A stretch of 64,000 bases of DNA. Source: a virus (Duplodnaviria; Caudoviricetes). Where the stretch lies: positions 1,570 to 65,569 of the IMG/VR virus record IMGVR_UViG_2835163134_000004; one strand, 5' to 3'. Positions 62,762-64,000 of this stretch are shown here, in pieces. Positions within the stretch are counted from its first letter, which is position 1; each line of letters begins with the position of its first letter. The notes under the pieces are model-generated. The model saw nothing but the letters and a program-made list of their open reading frames with translations. It searched no databases and was not told the origin of the DNA. The position numbers and the translations under genes were made by a program.

Positions 62762-64000
62762 TTATCCCAACAAGTCGCGGAACATCTCGATCTTGTCATG
62801 CGGGGCCACGGCTTCCTCGGCCTGCGATTCCCGCTGGTCCAGAAAGTCGGCCCAGACCTGCATCATGCCGCGCCGCTGCCGCAGATATTGCGCCGAGTTG
62901 TAGACCCCACGAACCCCACCATCGACATGAGCTAACTGCATCTCGATCCAGTCCCGGTTGAACTCGGCTTCGTTGAGCCATGTCGAGGCGGTATGCCGAA
63001 AGCCGTGAACCGTGGCCCGGCCGCTCAGCCCCATGGCGTATAGTTCGCCCAGCATTGCATTTTTTGCCAGTGGCCTGCCAAGGTCCATCTCGTGCAACGG
63101 AAAGACGAATGGGCCGCGCCCCGAAATGGATCGCATTTCATTCAGCACGGCCACGGCCTGCCGGGACAGTGGGACAAGGTGTTCCCGGCGCATCTTCATC
63201 CGCTCAGCCGGAATGCGCCACAGCGGCTCATCCCCGTCCAGCGCGTCAAACTCGTCCCAAGTAGCAAAGCGCGTTTCTGCGGTGCGAACGAAGGTCAGCA
63301 TCGTAAAACGCAGGGCGCATTTGAGTGAGATGTTCACCGTTTCCCGCGCAAGAACATCCGCGTAAATCGTCCGAAGTTCAGGCGCCGCCAAGGAACTGCG
63401 GCGCCCTTTGCCGGGCCGCTTGGCGAGGGCTGGCGTTACGATTGAAGCGGGGTTGACCTGCACCAGTTCTTCCGACGCGGCAAAGACAAAGACGCCTGAA
63501 ATCATCTGCACCACGCGGCGAGCCATATCTATGGCACCCCGGTCCTCGACGCTGCGGGCCACGGCGATGATTTGCTTCGCCGTAACACCGTCGATTGCAA
63601 TGTGCCCGATTGCTGGGAATACATCTCCGGTAAGGCGGGCAACGATCCGCTTGGTGTATTCCGGCACCCAAGCAGTTTCATTGTTCTCAATCCAGCGTTC
63701 CGCAACGCTACGGAACGTCACTACGGCCTCGGGCGCCGGGGCAGGGGCTTTGCGCTGGCGCGGATCGCGGCCCGCCGCAATATCGTCCTTCACCGCATCA
63801 CGCGCCTCGCGTGCTTCCCGCAGCGACATGGCGGGGTATCGCCCCAAGGCCATGCTACTGCGTCGCGCGCCGAATCTGTAATCCATCCGCCAAGATCGCG
63901 TCCCGCTCGGGGTGACTTCCAGATATAGCCCTTCGCCGTCGAAGACCCTGAATGCCTCGGCTTCGGGCTTCAACTTTCGAATTTTCAAATCGCTCAACAT
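62762..64000 (-). CDS. int: Tyrosine integrase, P4-like (arm-binding N-terminal domain)
   Basis: DGEGLYLEV...G.RSWR.DYR arm domain; catalytic R (FVRTAE), K (MKMRREH), HGFR, AH and Y (GVYN) all present. Confidence 0.95.
   Translation of the reverse strand: MLSDLKIRKLKPEAEAFRVFDGEGLYLEVTPSGTRSWRMDYRFGARRSSMALGRYPAMSLREAREARDAVKDDIAAGRDPRQRKAPAPAPEAVVTFRSVAERWIENNETAWVPEYTKRIVARLTGDVFPAIGHIAIDGVTAKQIIAVARSVEDRGAIDMARRVVQMISGVFVFAASEELVQVNPASIVTPALAKRPGKGRRSSLAAPELRTIYADVLARETVNISLKCALRFTMLTFVRTAETRFATWDEFDALDGDEPLWRIPAERMKMRREHLVPLSRQAVAVLNEMRSISGRGPFVFPLHEMDLGRPLAKNAMLGELYAMGLSGRATVHGFRHTASTWLNEAEFNRDWIEMQLAHVDGGVRGVYNSAQYLRQRRGMMQVWADFLDQRESQAEEAVAPHDKIEMFRDLLG

Noticed and set aside
62570-64000. 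att core near the integrase
   Set aside because: No tRNA 3' fragment or repeated core is visible; the window ends at the integrase start codon, so att is probably outside it.

Overview
The window is almost an entire temperate, lambda-type-packaging tailed phage or prophage of an alphaproteobacterium. The host is probably Rhodobacteraceae, inferred from GapR-like and HvrA/H-NS-like genes and high GC. Gene order resembles Chi-like phages. A leftward replication operon (about 1-7.9 kb) encodes a DUF2800 nuclease, DUF2815 SSB, 3'-5' exonuclease, family B DNA polymerase, C5-MTase-like protein, VRR-NUC and an SNF2 helicase cut by the window edge. A divergent HTH plus prim-pol/helicase unit follows (8-11.9 kb). 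A non-coding repeat-rich block at 13.7-15.0 kb holds a candidate origin and candidate cos. A long rightward accessory region (15-34.8 kb) converges on leftward lysis, tail, head and terminase genes (35-60.9 kb), followed by AlpA, a low-GC moron and a P4-type integrase (to 64 kb). No att site or host gene is visible. Most unusual signals: (1) three same-orientation arrays, 87 units in total, of a modular 23/24-bp repeat dense in GATC/TCGA/CCGG/GGCGCC, two of them directly after terminators and two directly before a shared promoter, so they partition the early genes into cassettes; (2) a recurrent acidic-LLG / DLGI peptide motif at the C-termini of many unrelated proteins; (3) a TCAAC-N5-GTTGA palindrome in many intergenic gaps of early, replication and late operons; (4) ATCGACGG motifs that flip strand around a lambda cosQ-like sequence; (5) a Pro-bodied tRNA-like element with a GGA anticodon; (6) a second PriCT-2 domain copied outside the primase. 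All calls were made by eye from the sequence and ORF track; no database searches were run.
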